DNA of 22,155 nucleotides. Origin: Macrostomum lignano (taxonomy: Eukaryota). The stretch covers positions 1 through 22,155 of the forward strand of contig NIVC01001850.1 in the NCBI GenBank assembly GCA_002269645.1, written 5' to 3'. Of the stretch, positions 20,413 through 22,155 are shown piece after piece. The number at the start of each line of letters is the position of its first letter. Position 1 is the stretch's first letter. A model generated the notes under the pieces. It saw only the letters and a program-made list of their open reading frames with translations. It was not told the origin of the DNA and did no database searches. The translations under genes were made by a program, and so were the position numbers.

Positions 20413-21651
20413 ATGCGTCAGCCACAGGTATTGCTACTCTTCGCCATCGGTTTCTGCTGCATCATGGTCTCGGAAGGTGCGTATTGAAGTTGACTTTTTG
20501 CTCCTAACTAGTTAATTAATTGGAAAACATATCCAAGTTTTGACCTGAAAAAGAAGAACTTCAAATAGAAGAGAGAACTAATCGATATGGCGAGCTTTTC
20601 CGATTGGCTTTGCTTGTTTCATTTTTAGCAGGGGCTACCTGAGGAGGACGATATTTAACAATCAACAATTTTGGTCGTATTTGTTTCGGAGACTAAATCT
20701 CAAAGCGAAAATTATATTAAAGACATCTAACGACGAGGCCCCTTGAGTTAAACGTTTCACCGCTGGACAGGTAATAAGCTGGCCCCCTCCATAACAATTG
20801 CCATACAGGCGCTTGCAACCGAACTCGCTATGTGCAACACAACGGCGTCCTTGTTGTCAACTCGACCATCAGTAGCCAAGTCCTGAATGCCTCCGGAGTG
20901 ACTTCAGTTGAAGCATGCGCCATGCTGTGCGGAATGAAATCCTGCTCTGCCGCCGTGTTCTGGAAGAGCAGCGATCTGTGCCAGCTGGTGACGGTGTCTC
21001 GCGAGCCGGGATTTGCTGGAAACAACGAATGGAGACTACTGGGCTCGGAGACTGCTGAGGCGGTGGTGATGAAGCTGGAAAACTTCGAAGAACTGATGAA
21101 GCCTCGTATTATAAATGTCACTCGAGTGTTTACAAGTGAGAGTTCAGCCGCATGTAAATTTGCATAGAGTATCGCACACTTGGTGCACTTTTTCCGTCTT
21201 CTTTAAGTCGGCTCGAGCTGGCCACAAGTTCCTAATTTGCGCTATCCCATGTTCGTTTTAAATTCAATCCATATGAGCATATTTGAGTCAGCAATAACTA
21301 ATTGAAACATGCATGGATTTCAGACAATGGAACGGGTCGAATCGGCTCTGTCCAGCTGGTGACCATCGACATTGCCGGCTGCTACCGATCGAACTCGCTG
21401 GTGCCAAGGGCGGCGACAACACGTATGTCAGTCCTGACAAACTCGGCGGCAGGGGAGCTCTGGCTGCTGGAAACGTCAGTTTGTCAGTCGGAGTTCAGCT
21501 GTCGATTGTTGTCGGCCAGGCCGGAGGTCCGTCGCAGAGCAGCGGCTACTCTAGCGGCGGCGGCGGCGGAGGCAGCTTCGTGTACCGGACATCGGACAAT
21601 GGGCTGCTGATGGCCGCTGGCGGTGGTGGTGCGCCTCGTATGGGTATTCCG
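20413..21651 (+). CDS. Gene E: close paralog of B, exons 1-3 (rest beyond window); two 1-nt deletions in exon 3 (pseudogene or consensus error)
   Basis: Exon 1 20413-20476 (MRQPQVLLLFAIGFCCIMVSE, G|GTGCGT). Exon 2 20809-21135 reads identical to B exon 2. Exon 3 21324-21651 is 328 nt versus 330 in B, with a G missing at ~21387 (taccg-atc) and at ~21631 (ggtg-cgcc). Confidence 0.85.
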
Positions 21652-22155
21652 GTAAGCATGCGATTTTATTGTACCTTAACTGAGAAGTTTAATAGTTGCT
21701 TTTGCCATATCGTCGTATGCAGCTGTTGAATAAGGCGACTTATGTATCTTTTATCAAGTATAATTTTAAGTAGTCCTTGAACCAGGGACGAAACTACACG
21801 AAGAATGACTCAGTCTATCGACGCATTTCTATTGTAAAATTTTCAAATCTTAGTGGATATACAGGCCAGAGTTGATTGATGGTTGCTGCCAGAAATACTG
21901 CAGAATGTTTTCTGCTTTACAATACCTTAAAGTCAAGACATTCTTTAGTTAACGACGATCGCATGCTAAAATTCTTCTAATGAAAGCAAGACTTGGCATT
22001 TATACTACTGCAAACTAGAGTGAGCAGTATAACAACTTCTAAAAATAAAAAAGTTAAACATTTTTCTTGTTGCAGAACTTTAATATACTCAGCAACATGG
22101 TTAAATTTCCAGCCCGAAAACAGTTTCAACTTTCTCGGATCTCAGTCTTAAGTGA

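Larger units (their letters stand above)
17101..22155 (+). repeat. Copy 2 of the tandem segmental duplication (remnant D + intergenic + gene E 5' part)
   Basis: See the blocks listed for 5045-9994. The window end 'ttctcggatctcagtcttaagtga' matches 9971-9994. Confidence 0.9.

Overview
Eukaryotic (metazoan-type) genomic DNA: AT-rich intergenic and intronic sequence, GC-rich exons, GT-AG introns, a CORE-SINE and an LTR remnant. The species cannot be determined from the sequence. The window is a tandem cluster of one gene family encoding secreted proteins built as signal peptide + PAN/Apple-like Cys module + ALK/LTK-type glycine-rich (TNF-like/Gly-rich) domain. No transmembrane or kinase part is present in the one complete copy. 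Six family pieces were read by hand: A (minus, exons 1-4, 3148-1451, with a 1-nt frameshift, 3' exons not in window); F (plus, degenerate remnant 5045-5207); B (plus, complete intact 5-exon gene 8124-11664, 402 aa); C (minus, intact orphan terminal exon 15631-15313); D (plus, degenerate 3' part 17101-18118 containing 13.3 copies of a 51-bp Gly/Cys repeat); E (plus, exons 1-3, 20413-21651, two 1-nt deletions, continues beyond the window). F+B and D+E are two copies of a ~12-kb-period segmental duplication. The copies are roughly 75-85% similar by eye but share a 581-bp apparently identical tract, which suggests gene conversion or assembly cross-talk. Copy-specific insertions (SINE, MITE-like elements), an LTR with a tRNA-Leu primer-binding site, a deleted solo-LTR derivative and a ~515-bp foldback fill the rest. 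Most ORFs in the supplied track are off-frame or antisense shadows of these exons. All alignments were done by eye, and the coordinates of degenerate elements are approximate.
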